A DNA stretch of 64,000 bases from assembly GCF_001194135.2 (NCBI RefSeq), contig NC_068981.1, positions 150,526,020 to 150,590,019 on the forward strand, written 5' to 3'. The first letter of the stretch is position 1. Each line of letters opens with the position of its first letter. Positions 38,496 through 50,815 of the stretch are shown piece by piece. This stretch comes from Octopus bimaculoides. Its lineage: Eukaryota. The translations under genes and the position numbers were made by a program. Under the pieces are notes generated by a model. It was not told the origin of the DNA. It saw only the letters and a program-made list of their open reading frames with translations, and ran no database searches.

Positions 38496-39949
38496 ATATA
38501 GAATAGTAGTGAGTCAGTAATATATTTTATCTTTTTTTTCCTTTTATTTCGGTTACGCTCAAGTATAATGCTACCTCATACTTTTGACCGTATTTTGTTT
38601 TAGTTTTTTGTATTATACACAACTAAATACGATATATCTCTCCTGCATTTTTTTTTCATCGTCGTGTTCAAATAAGACTTGCATTTTTCACAGCTGGTAT
38701 CATCTCTATCTGACCAACAGACGAAAGATTAAGGTTAGTGATGCTGTAGTTAAAGAACATCTTGAAAAAATTCTAGGATGGTGCATAAAGAAAACATGAC
38801 AGAAACGAACCAATCAGAGAGGTTCTGCGCAGAGGCTCAGCCGGATGGAAATAGCAGCAACTATGTTTCAAATTACACTCTGGATAATGTAGACTTTGAT
38901 ACAATATTCCTAAAGAAAAAACAGGGAAACGGACATAATATATAGGTCATTAAGGAATCTAGAATTTTAGCATACGTATTGATGGTATAGGAAAATTTCC
39001 CAGTTATAACTTCTGTATGAACATAATGTAAACATACAGTTAAGTAAGGGCTAGCATAGTCAATATAATGAACTGGCAAAAATGTTTAATCAGTTAAAAT
39101 TACACTTAAACTAAAGATTGAAAAATGTAACTGTTGATGACCATATAATCGTGATATCGATATCTAACCACTTGACAAATCACTGCGCAGTACATTGCTC
39201 ATTCCTATCTTGGCCATTGCCAAGCTCGCACGAACTTTCTTCTCTCTTCCTTCCAGTTCGTCACATCACAACGTTCAGTATACATATATATTTTTTTCAC
39301 GTCTGGCCTTACAGCCCTTCTTCTTTATTTTCACTGTTTCGTTTTCCTGTCTTGTTTTCTGTTTGCCACTACATTCCACCGCGTTACAAATTTAATTTGT
39401 TTCCGCGGGAAGAGCCATTCTAACAATGCGGCAGCTGATGAAGGAAATGTTCTCTATGTTGCCTGTGTGTTTTCTGTGTTCTGTTTATGTTCTGTTTCTC
39501 ATTTTGTCCACGTCTTTTTGTAACGTCCTGTACCCAGATATGCATCTATATATACATGTAGATGTAGGTATGTACATACATGTACGTATATATGCATATA
39601 CTCACATATTATTTGTATTATTACATGATCGAACGCACGCGTCATCTTTGCAAGTAAGTTTTAACTTTATATTGTACCTCGACCTCCTTTGTCATGAGTA
39701 GCACCCTAGGCAGCATAAAAACGAAAGCCACTCTGTTGATTAAACACGAGAGCTAACTCCGAAATCCAAACTGATTTAAAATGATTCAAATAAAGAGTGG
39801 GCCGGATATCTCCAACACGCGCGCACCACTCCCCCCTCTTCAGTAAGATGGCTTTCTTTTCTATGCAATCTAGGATGTTGTACATGACTAAAGAGGTCGA
39901 GGTACAATATTTCCTTGATATGTGCAATGTACTGCGCAGTGATATGTGT

Positions 39950-40085
39950 CGTAGTGGTTTGGTGTTGATGTTACGATCATAAGGTCGTGGGTTCGATTCT
40001 ATGCCGTGACAGTGCATTGTATCCTTGAGCAAGGCCCTTCATTTTATGTTGCTCCAGTCTACCCGGCTGAAAATATGTACCATCT
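39950..40085 (+). mobile_element. tRNA-derived SINE 5' part
   Basis: gtagtggtt..gtgggttcgattc..ccttgagcaagg..atgttgctccagtc. Confidence 0.7.
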
Positions 40086-40402
40086 GAGTTCTGGCGTAAC
40101 CCTCTCTCCCTCCAACTCTCATATGGCTAAATATGTATTGCCTTATGGCTCTTCAGTCTGGACACTAACCTAAAAACTTAAAACTAAGCTGAATGACTCC
40201 TACACGCGTAAGCTTTATGCATTTTTGGAAGACGCCCTGTAAAGAATACTCTTAACAAAGAAACTAATACAATAAACCATGTTTAAAATCACACACTTTT
40301 AGTAAAGCAAGAGTTTGGTTTACTGAACACTGACGTAGAAACAATGAGGTGCTGGTTAGTTTGGGCACCTACTCTGGACACATCACATTGGCTGCTGTAC
40401 GA

Positions 40403-41158
40403 CAGTGGTTCTCAACCATTTTTTTACCTAAAATTACTATTTAACTTTTACGGCCCTCCGAAGCCATTCGATGTTTAAAAACTAGTTTTACAGATACTTC
40501 TTTCAAAATTCCTATTCTGTTTTTCTCACATTAATTAGTGTAGGTTTGTACAGCGTTTGAGAAATAAATTTTGCTGTTTCTTGCAAAAGATACATCTAAA
40601 TCAAACCTTTTACATGAACCCTTAATAAACTACAGTGGGTCCCCAATTTACTATTTTGTTTATCCACCGTGTAATTGTTTCTCATTCGAACGCTCTCTCA
40701 AATCATATCACTTGGTAAACAAATACAAAACTGATACATATTGAAACTGAGATACTTCCAACATCTTTATTCTATATTTTCGACAGAATATCACTAACAA
40801 GCAACTACATCTGCATTTTTTAAATCTATTTTTCATCTAAAAGGTATGCACATCTCCTTTTTTGACGGGGGCTACTTTTGGCACATAGCTTAGTTGTTAG
40901 AGGATTTTCAGCTCACAATCGCAAGGTCGCGTGATCAGTTCCTGGGCTGGGAGGTACGTTGTGTTCCTGAGCAAGGTATCTCATTGCATGCTACTCCGGT
41001 CTACTGATCCGTAACGACTACCAGCCAAGGTGCTGGTTCAACCCTTACTTCTTCCATCGACCGGTGTTGGTGTGTTTATGTCCCCGTAACTTAGCGGTTC
41101 GGTAAATCTGCTTATATGTAGCCGCAGGGGTCAAATGGACCCCGGCTAAAAACCACTG
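40403..41158. mobile_element. hAT-type non-autonomous element with internal insertions
   Basis: TIR-like cagtggttctcaacc / ggctaaaaaccactg; flanking 8-mers ctgtacga and ctctgcgg match only 5/8. Confidence 0.5.
40675..41045 (+). repeat. About 370-bp direct duplication, second copy 42530-42895
   Basis: Long identical blocks such as cttccaacatctttattctatattttcgacagaatatcactaacaagcaactacatctgcattttttaaatctatttttcatc; includes a SINE head. Confidence 0.9.
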
Positions 41159-43741
41159 CTCTGCGGAAACATACGTGAATCAGCTGTCAAACGACACTGT
41201 ATATTACTGACAGCATCTGCCCCATGCTATGGAGGAAAGAGATTAAACTAAAAACGTTTATGTACAAAAAATGGATTTGAGAACATGCTAAGTTGTATAT
41301 CATTAGGCATGATCGCCGTTTTGGGAAGGAAAACGGCAAACTTTATTAAACATACTGTCTATTAGATGCGTGCGCGCGTGTATGTGAGAGAGAGAGGGGG
41401 AGCGATTGCAGCACAGACAGACAGACAGGTAGATAGATAGATAGATAGATGAGGGAGTTCATAATTAACTGTCCTCAGTGTAAGGAGACTCATGATCCAA
41501 AGTCGTGATTGTTCTATTCCATATGACATGTTCTCTGAAACAATCATTTTATAGAAAACTATCTTAAGAACAATACTAAGAATGTTTACGTAAATGTCTT
41601 AAAAGTAACGTAGGGGACTCTATTCGGTCGCTGAGCTTGTTAGAAACTGCAGCCAAATCCTTTAAATCACATCCTGTCATCTGAAAAGCAAAAACGAAGT
41701 ATACATGGGCAAATTTAATTCTAAATACAGTATGTCTAGAAACCAAAATGATTGAATTGCCTCTCGATGTCTTCAATTAAAGTTTTCTTGAGTTCGATAC
41801 TGTCTTACATCGATCCAGAAAGACTAAAGCAATTTATCAATTACTGTAGTGGAGTCTATAGAAATAAATCAAATTTTAGTCTGAAATATACCGACCATCA
41901 CATTTGTCCTAAATAATATTATTAATTCTCGACTTATTTCTCTGTTTAATGAAATAATTAATGAACGTTTCGCTCCAGTAAAGTAATTATCGATAATGGA
42001 TATATGTAAAGGGCAGCAAAATCGCCTTTGAGTGTTGATATAAGGGAAGCAATTCTTGTAAATACATTGCTTACAAGGGAAATAAGTCATACATCTTTAT
42101 CATCAAATATCGATATATTTCACTTTATGCTACGTTTCTACAGGCACAAAAGCTGTTTACTCCTTCTGTAAATAGATTTTGCGATTTTTTTTTTAAACAG
42201 AAAATTGCTTGCTACATTTTTCGATACAGTTTTTTTAAACCACTTCTTTTATTGACTAAAATAAATTGAAATAACAATTACATCGTGAAGAATCACGACA
42301 GTCATTTTAAACATACGTTACCTTTATATTCGCTTTTTGTTTTCTCTTTTTTTTTTTTATCATATTCTATTTTGTGTCAGTTATTTTCTTTTTTGTTTTT
42401 GTTTTTTGTTTTTTTTTGTCTTTTGCCGCTTTGTAGTATATAATAGATACGATAACAAAGTAAAAATAACAAAATAAGTAGAAAGTAAATGTGTGTTTAA
42501 AAAAGATTTCAGATTCTTCTACTATGCAATTGTTTCTCATTCAAACGCTCTCAAATCATATCACTTGGCAAACAATACAAAACTGGTACATATTGAAATA
42601 CTTCCAACATCTTTATTCTATATTTTCGACAGAATATCACTAACAAGCAACTACATCTGCATTTTTTAAATCTATTTTTCATCCAAAATGTTTGCACATC
42701 TCTTCTTTTTTTTTTACTACTCTTGGCACGTAGCTTAGTTCTTAGAAGATGTTCGGCTCACGATCGCAAGTTCGCATGATCAATTCTTGGGCTGGGATGT
42801 ACGTTGTGTTCTTGAGCAAGGTATTTCTTTGCATGCTGCTCCGGTCTACTGATCCGTAACGAGTACCAGCCAAGGTGCTGGTTCACCCATTCTTCTCCCA
42901 TTTGTCATATATTTGATGTTTCGCTACATCAAAATTGATATAGTTGCAGGCGTAGCTGTGTGGTAAACAGCTTGCTTCCCAACTACATTGTTCCGGGTTT
43001 AGTCCCACTGCATAGCACCTTGAGCAAGTTATTTAAATCAGTATAATACGAAAAAGCATTTCCGGTGCGGATAGACCGCTATGTTGGTGGCAACATAATG
43101 TTGCCAAAATTTCACTGTTTTCCCCTTTCCTTCAAGCTTCCTTCATCTCTCCACCACAACGATGATATGGTGCAACATGTTCTTCATCATCTAAAAAACC
43201 ATTTCTTCGTAAAAATGTAACTGCCTGTTAATTTCACTTAAATATTTGTAGTGGTTAAGTGTGTATCATGGTGAACAGATGCAAAAGAAATGTGTATGCC
43301 TTTGAAGTAAACAAATGAATGAATCGATTCATAGTTAAAATGATTTATTCACTGGACTTAATTTGTTGTTGGTACACATAATTCTTCACTACATGCAAAA
43401 TGTTGACAACTGCTACCAGTTGCTAGAAATAGAAACAGGGTACATCTGTAGAAAATGATATGTCAGAAATGAATATATGTTTGTGTGTGTGTGTGTGTGT
43501 GTGTAGGTAGTTCATCTGAGACAGTAGTCTACCGTGGAACTTCGAACATTACTCTGGTCTCTGCAGTCGCCAAAACCTGTTGTGTCATAGAGTTTCCTCG
43601 TTTGCCTGATAGGGGCTTCTCTTTCTGTCTGTCTGTTGACCGCCGTATTTATAATAATCGTGGCAGTTAGAAGGACAGACATACTGCAGCAGAGTTTGTA
43701 CCTAAATGGGTCAGTTCTTGTCCATTTGAACTTTGCCTGAC

Positions 43742-43885
43742 ATGGCTGAGATCATAGGTCAAAAGGAGATGATCAATCGCTTTTTGACAGGAGAAAGAAA
43801 ACCTGTTTTCGTGCCTGTTGCTCGTGGTGGTTTGGACGACCAAGAATTCTTAGATTCGGTTTCAAATCTAGGCTTGGAGAAGGAA
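43742..43885 (+). CDS. Candidate first coding exon (MAEIIGQKEMINRFLTGERKPVFVPVARGGLDDQEFLDSVSNLGLEKE)
   Basis: ATG in gacATGg context after an in-frame stop; 48 codons; GAA|gtatta donor followed by AT-rich sequence; product not recognised. Confidence 0.3.
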
Positions 43886-44309
43886 GTATTAATTTTTACA
43901 TATTTATTATTTGGTGTCAAAAATACTCATTGCAACAGCTGTGACCTAATGTCAGTTGAATTGCCTCAGGGACCAGGTCTCAATTGATGTGACGAAAATT
44001 TTGACACTGAATAATAAATGTTTAAGTGAATTTAAGAGTACTTGTGGTCTTCAATAGCTAATATGTCTTCTGTGCTGCAATTGTTTTAGTTTCACCACAC
44101 GATCTCAGATCAAATCTCTTGCCAGTCAAGTACATCTAAGAAGCATTTAAACAAGGTGAAATATTAAGTAATCTTTGGAAAGTGTGAGACCCGGGAGGTG
44201 AGATATGACGCCATTGGAGTTAAAAATGTATCAATCAGAGGTCCTTAAGATTGTTTGATGGTGGACCTTTTCTCAGCGAAATAAGAGACGTATGTAAAGT
44301 AAAACAATT

Positions 44310-44489
44310 CAACAATTCAGTTCTATATTTAAGAGATGAGGAATTATGTACATTATTTACATTTGACGGATATTTGTCCTTGTCCTGTTTGTTGTTAACA
44401 CAACGTTTCGGTTGATATACCCTCCAGCCTTCATCAGGTGTTTTGGGGAAATTTCGAATCTGGGTTCTCATTCCTAAGGTATTCTTCGA

Positions 44490-44530
<41 letters not shown>

Positions 44531-44600
44531 TCAGGTCACTTCCTGGAATGGAACTCGGAATCTTGGGGTTAGTAGCCCACGCTCTTAACCACTATGCCAA
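44310..44600 (-). mobile_element. Composite tRNA-headed SINE carrying a hammerhead ribozyme
   Basis: Minus strand: TGGCATAGTGG A box, GAGTTCCATTCC B box, (AAT)n, then a PLE-type pLTR body. Confidence 0.75.
44397..44442 (-). ncRNA. Minimal type I hammerhead ribozyme
   Basis: AACAC-CTGATGA-a-GGCTG gagggtatat CAACC-GAAACGT-T-GTGTT; one stem II mismatch. Confidence 0.75.
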
Positions 44601-44692
44601 CTGCACCTGATGAAGGCTGAAGGGTATATCAGCCGAAACGTTGTTAACAACAAACAAGATGACAAATATCCGTCAAATGTAAATAATGTAAA
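44601..44692 (+). mobile_element. Inverted 5'-truncated copy of the same pLTR, hammerhead core intact
   Basis: gcac-CTGATGA-a-GGCTG..CAGCC-GAAACGT-T-gt; stem I shortened by a 2-nt deletion. Confidence 0.8.
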
Positions 44693-44769
44693 TTCAACAA
44701 TTGTTTCGGCAATCTATACAATAGTCTCGAGCAAAATGTCTGGTGATATTTAGGAACATCCTTTTATGG

Positions 44770-45541
44770 GATCTTTGTGATTTGACGGGCAACACTTGTT
44801 TTCTTAACGAAACACTTTCAAACTTGGGACACTGGTAGAATGTGTCATATAAAACAACTTCTTCTCTTAACCTTCTTAACAAAAAATTGTACCTCGCAAG
44901 TTATTTCATGTTAAAGTTGTCGTATTTCTGTAATTTCAACCAATCACTGACGTCTATTCAGCTGAATACAGTCAGTGCTGTTCGGTGTCAAGTGTGTTAT
45001 TCCCTGTTTAATTATATCATTATTCCCTAGTAAGGGTTTAGGGTTTTAGGGTTAGGGTTCGGGTTTTAGGGTTAGGGTTGAGGTTAGGGTTAGGGTTAGG
45101 GTTAGGGTTATGAGTTAGAGTTAAGGTTATGGCAAAAATAATCATAACCCTAACCGTAATCCTAAAACTAACCCTAACTCTAAAACCCGAACCCTAACCC
45201 TAAAACCCTAAAGCTAAAACCAGTACAAACGCACGAACGATGTCATAAATAACAGTGACACGCATAGTTTTTGTTGACAAACAACGGCACTAATTTTATT
45301 CAAGGGAAAAAATCCCGTAACACCGTTGTTTACATTCCACGACGTAATTGTTTTCACCTCAATAGACGTCAGTGATTGGTTGAAATTACCGAAATACGAC
45401 AATTTTTTACATGAAATAACTTCGAATACAAAATTTTTTATCTGTTCTATAACACAAAATATACAAGTATTCGAAGTTTGAAAGTGTTTCGGTACCAAAA
45501 ACACTACATAAAAAAATGTTGCCCGTCAAATCACAAAGATC
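44770..45541. repeat. Fold-back element with central head-to-head telomere-like repeats
   Basis: (TTAGGG)n variants 45031-45131, (CCCTAA)n 45143-45221; perfect inverted blocks 45037-45068/45181-45212 (32 bp) and 44770-44794/45517-45541 (25 bp). Confidence 0.9.
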
Positions 45542-45641
45542 TCATTTATGTTCTCAGTTCGTATCTCAACAGAGTCAGCTTCACCTTTTGTTATTCCGTG
45601 GTAGATACAATAAATGACCAGTCAAGTACTAGGGGTGGGAT

Positions 45642-46175
45642 CAGGGCCGTCGCTAAGCCCCTCAACTCCTGCGGTCGCAGGGGGCCTCCGCGGTTGAGGA
45701 GCTACATGTTAAGGATCAAACTACATAGACGAAATGAAAATTTCAAGTCAGCCGAGGGAAAAAATACGAGGGTGAACCGTAAATAAATTTAAAAGAAACG
45801 AAAAAGGTAAGTGAAAAAGGCTTGTCAACGAATTCCCTAGGGAGATAAAAGGAAAAACGAAAGAAATTGAAAACAATGAAAATAAGAACAACTTCAAGAG
45901 AAAAGACAAGAAAAAGAAGCAATAGTGATGAAAGGTGCGGATGTATACTTATACATACATACAAACATACACACACAGGCATTCGTATACACATTCATAC
46001 ATATATACACACACACATATATACGTCTGGCTTTTATCTGTTTTGGTCTACCAAGTCCATTCACAAGGCTTGGCCAGCTCAGAGAGAGAGAGAGAAACGT
46101 GTACCAAACACACACACACGTCTCTTATTCTCTCTGCCTCTCCCTATTTCTTTATTCACTTCTCCCCCTCTGTGT

Positions 46176-46210
<35 letters not shown>

Positions 46211-46654
46211 GCCACTTGGTTTAAAATTGAATTAATATTCAATTTATCACCCTTATATATTTGGCGTCGTTATTTGACGTTGAAAAGCTGGTAATTTTGT
46301 ACGCAGAACAGTGGCCTTAGGCAATAAAAACTAGAGACAAAATTCTTTCTGTACCAAAAACAAGGCGGGCGCGCACACACACATACTGTCACAAGTTTGT
46401 TTGTATGTATGTGTGTGTATCCATCTATGTACAGAGGGGTAGAAAAAAGATATACCGCTAGTTTTTTATGTGTTGTATTTTAGAATTATCACAACAGACT
46501 CTGCTGTGATGATTCTAAAATACAAGAAGCTGTAAGGGACTATGCTTGATTTTTGCAGATAATAAAGGTGTGTAGATTATGAATTTTGATTGAAGAAATG
46601 GGGCCTCGAAACAAAAAGTTGCAGGGGGCCTCTAAAAGTCATGCGACGGCCCTG
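45642..46654. mobile_element. Non-autonomous hAT element, 1013 bp
   Basis: Perfect 12-bp TIR CAGGGCCGTCGC/GCGACGGCCCTG; perfect 8-bp TSD GGTGGGAT (45634-41, 46655-62); subterminal gcagggggcctc at both ends. Confidence 0.92.
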
Positions 46655-46679
46655 GGTGGGATCAATATTATCGACTATT

Positions 46680-46880
46680 TTGAGGCGGCAAGCTGGCCGG
46701 ACAAAATGCTTAACAACATTTCGTCTAACTTTACGCTCTGATTTCAAATTCTGCCATGGTTGACTATGTCTTCCATCCTTTTAGTGTCCATAAAATAAGT
46801 AACCAATTGAGTACTGAGGTTGATATAATCGACTAGTCTCCTCCGGCGAAATTTCAGGCCTTGTGCTTATAGTAGAAAGC
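46680..46880 (+). mobile_element. SINE family B, degenerate
   Basis: ggcggcaagctgg..aaatgctta..tttcaggccttgtgcttatagtagaaag. Confidence 0.8.
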
Positions 46881-47621
46881 ATCTAGGACTGACAAAATTA
46901 ATGCCAGTCATATAATGTTTTAGTGCCACTTTGGCGTGTGATCTACAAGAGAGATTACTGTAGGACATTGTAAATGTATTTTTTTTTCAAAATTCAAGCA
47001 CGCAGATAACCCACTAAAGTAACTTTGCCCACGTAGATCACACGGCAAAGTAACACTAACACAAAGTAAACTAAAAAGTAACCAAAAGTAATCTCCCTTT
47101 AAATTGTAGATCCCACGCCAAAAGAGCACCCTGTATTTTATACCACAAAACTATTTATATTCCGTCGCCTAAGACAGCCACTGTATTTGTCACATTCCTG
47201 AAAATGCTTTATCTTAGAACCTACTAAATCATTTGTATCTCTCTTTAATAAAAAGAAAGTAATAATAATCAAACGGTTTTGATGTTTCGTGAAAACAAAA
47301 TTGTAGTTAACCAAGTCATTGCCTAACTCCTTACTATTATAATAGTTATCTCCCTTGGTAAATTTTTTGGTATCTCCTACTTATTGATGAGAAGACGAAT
47401 TGAAATGGCATAATGTTGCATCCACATAATTCCTCTTTCTATGTTACACGAGTTGAACAAGTTTAAAATGTTGGAAATCGTATTAATTTTATTAAAAGTG
47501 CAATTTTTCCAACAGTGTTTCCATTCCTCACATCTGTCCCAACTCTGGCAGACACTGGTCTAACTGATGGATCTAATTTCACAGAGTGATGAAACATGCA
47601 TGGATGTGACTTTATGTACAT

Positions 47622-47661
<40 letters not shown>

Positions 47662-47974
47662 CAGCAGCAGCAGCAATGGTGTTGGTGACGTCAGCAGCAC
47701 TAGAAAAGGTGATGGTGGACTACGAGAGAACACATTTTGCTTATTGGAGTAGTCATTGTAATATTTTAACTGAATGGATTACAGACGAGCTTCCTCTAGT
47801 GGAACATGTAACTCAAAAAATTTAACAATATTCTCCATTTCATGTGATATTTTACATTCAAATTCACAGTTGGCTGAATCAAAATATCAATGGTTCATAT
47901 TCTTCCATAAATGCTGCGTCATTTTCATGTATTCATATTGTAAGACTGTTTCTATCAACACGTGTTATATACTC

Positions 47975-48366
47975 TTTTACGTATTTCAGTCATTTGACTG
48001 CGGCCATGCTGGGGTACCACCTTTAGTCGAGAAAATCGACCCCAGGACTTATTCTTTGTAAGCCTAGTACTTATTCTATCGGTCTCTTTGCCAAACCGCT
48101 AAGTTACGGGGACGTAAACATGCCAGCATCGGTTGTCAAGCGAAGTTGGGGGGACAAACACAGACACACAAACATATACACACACATACATATATATACA
48201 TATATACGACGGACTTCTTTCAGTTTCCGTCTACCAAATCCACTCACAAGGCTTTGGTCGGCCTGAGGCTATAGTAGAAGACACTTGCCCAAGTTGTCAC
48301 ACAGTGGGACTGAACCCAGAACCATATGGTTGGTAAGCAAGCTACTTACCACACAGCTACTCCTGC
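47975..48366 (-). mobile_element. SINE family A, full length
   Basis: tRNA-like head through central (TA/CA)n to the 3' tail cagtcaaatgactgaaa. Confidence 0.92.
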
Positions 48367-48429
48367 TTTAAATATCTGAAATAAACATGAAATTTCAAAA
48401 AATATGTTGTATCTATCTATCTCATCAAC

Positions 48430-48870
48430 CATGATATTCAGGTTCACGCATCATTGTCAACAATGACCAAGGACTTGACATGGGTGAAGACGGGTGATGA
48501 TATGTCTGGCTGTGGCCAATATGACTGATATATGCTCAGAGGGCTCTGCTGCAGGTTGGGCACCAGTGTTCTTCTGGGTTAGAAGACAAGGAATTGGCAC
48601 TGGACTTGCATGGTTTCTTTGTGCCCCTGCAATCTTGTTCTGTTTGTTAGAGGTGGCATCTCTGTTGGTGCAGCTTCATCAGGTGGGGCAAACTTGTGTT
48701 TGCATTTCTTGGATGTCAAGGTTAATCTCAAAGCTTTCCAGTGAGCTACTGAGTGTATCCTTCAAGTGCTTGTTCTGTCCATCTTGTGTTGCACTTGCCT
48801 TTCACCACTTTGCTGTAAAACAGCCACTTGGAGAGTTATATGCCAGGTATTTGAACAACAAAGCAAGAAT
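48430..48870 (-). mobile_element. RTE-clade LINE 3' end, decayed
   Basis: DTL..SL.SFEI.LD..E....D..T...ATS..QN.IA.AQ..R..CPTC.RA matches the RTE C-terminal KDTLK.SL..F.I..WE..A.DR..W..CP.C.R pattern. Confidence 0.75.
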
Positions 48871-49692
48871 ATAAAATGATATGAGTAGATCTGTAAAAAA
48901 AATATTTTGTTAATAACCAGTGTCTCTGTTTAAAAAAAATTACTATAACAACACTTCTATACAAAAGGAGAAAAATGTCTTTTTGAGATGTTATTACCCA
49001 TATCATGTTGGAATGTTTTTCAAGTAGGCTTTGACTTCTCAGATTCCATATGGGACCACTTTATGCTGATAGTGCTTCTTGGAATTTTAATGAAATTCAC
49101 AACATACAAATATCAATAATAGCAATATAAACATCACATTTCATATAAGAAACAGCTATCATCATCAACATTATCATTATCATCATATTCATCATCATCA
49201 TCACTTCCACCACCAGCATTCACATTGTCATCACTTTTATTATTATCATTATTCTCACTCCTATTCAACTTTTCTTATAGTACCTCTTTAGATATCCTAT
49301 AATACCCATTGCTCTCATTTTCTATAGTGTTCACAAGAAAATATTAATGATTCTTTCAACATTTCAGAAGCAATCATTTAATCAAATTTGATTACAGAAT
49401 TAAAAAACACTTATGCAAGATTTGAATATAAATCCAAGATGTACAGAATGTAGTCTCATAAAGATCAGAATTCATAAATTTATATTGACATTTTCAGAAC
49501 CTTATTTTTATTGAAATACTTCCTATGTATTTTAATTAATTTTGACAAAAAAAGTGGGTGGGGAATGGAGTTGGAAGTATTTAGTAAAATCGTTTTCCTT
49601 TCTTTTATCAAGCTGCTCTTTGGAATGTAACCTAACAAAGGGTTTTAACATATATTATGATAGATTTTAATTTAAATTGAACACTTTATAAT

Positions 49693-50065
49693 TGGCGCAG
49701 GCATGGCTGTGTGGTTAAGAAGCTCACTGTGCAACTATGTGATTTTGGGTTCAGCACCTCGGGCAAGAATATTCTACTATAGTGCCAGGCCCTGTGAGTG
49801 AATTTGGTAGACAAAACTGTAAAACAGCACATCATATACATGAGTGTGCAAGCGTGTGTGTATGTGTGTGTGTGTGTGTTTATGTTGTGTCCACTCTCCC
49901 ACTGTTTGTCAAGCAGTATTGATTTGTTTACATCCCCATACTTAAGAGGTTCAACAAAAGAGACTGAAAGAGTAAGTCCCAGACTTAAAAAAAAAAATAA
50001 GTACTGGGGTTGATTTATTTGACTAAACCATCAAGACAATGCCCCCAACATGGCTGCAGTTTAAT
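49693..50065 (+). mobile_element. SINE family A, CpG-depleted
   Basis: ggcgcaggcatggctgtgtggttaagaag head; aataagtactggggttgattt tail. Confidence 0.85.
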
Positions 50066-50394
50066 GACTGAATGAACCATTAACACTTTCAGGGTTCATT
50101 CAACCAATTCAGACTTAACGCCAATGGATTCTATGGGTGTTAATTAATTTTGAAAATCAAAACTCTAGAGAGATTTAGTCGTCGTTTATCATAATGTTTT
50201 ACTTTAATCAACTAGAGTTTGAAACAACAAAAATTTTTTCATATAAAAATTAGAATTGGAGATTTTTTTTATTTAAATATGAATATTTTAAAACAGGATG
50301 CTTGATGTTTTGTATCGGTAGTCATGGGTAAAATGTTACCCACAGGACTAATTGAGGGAAACACAAGATTTCACAAGGAAAATAATATTCTTTT

Positions 50395-50618
50395 TTTCTT
50401 TTACTTGTTTCAGCCATTTGGCTGTGGCCATGCTGGAGCACTGTCTTTAGTCGAGCAAATCAACCCCAGGACTTATTCTTTGTAAGCCTAGTATTTATTC
50501 TATCAGTGTCTTTTGTTGAACTGCTAGGTTACAGGAATGTAAACACACCAGTATCAGTTGTCAGGCGATGTTGGGGGAACAAACACACACACACAAACAT
50601 ATATATATATATGTCATA

Positions 50619-50656
<38 letters not shown>

Positions 50657-50815
50657 GCTTCTTTCAGTTACTGTCTACCAAATCCACTCACAAGGCTTTA
50701 TTTGGCCCATGGCTAGAGTAGAAGACACTTGCCCAAGATGCCATGCAGTGGGACTGAACCTGGAACCATGTGGTTGGTAAGCAAACTACTTACCACACAG
50801 CCACTCCTGCACCTA
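50395..50815 (-). mobile_element. SINE family A, full length, CpG-depleted
   Basis: Colinear with 47975-48366, with TG/CA replacing CG. Confidence 0.92.

Noticed and set aside
43520-43740. Septin-like DTTGFGD (minus) and adhesion-GPCR TM1-like segment (plus)
   Set aside because: Short matches bounded by stops, without flanking family motifs or good splice sites
44235-44471. ORF MRTQIRNFPKTPDEGWRVYQPKR...
   Set aside because: Incidental translation of the hammerhead-bearing repeat; other copies carry indels and substitutions
45031-45221. Ancient chromosome end-to-end fusion
   Set aside because: The arms mirror each other in variant-repeat order and flanks, which fits one duplicated element better than two independent telomeres; the tracts are short
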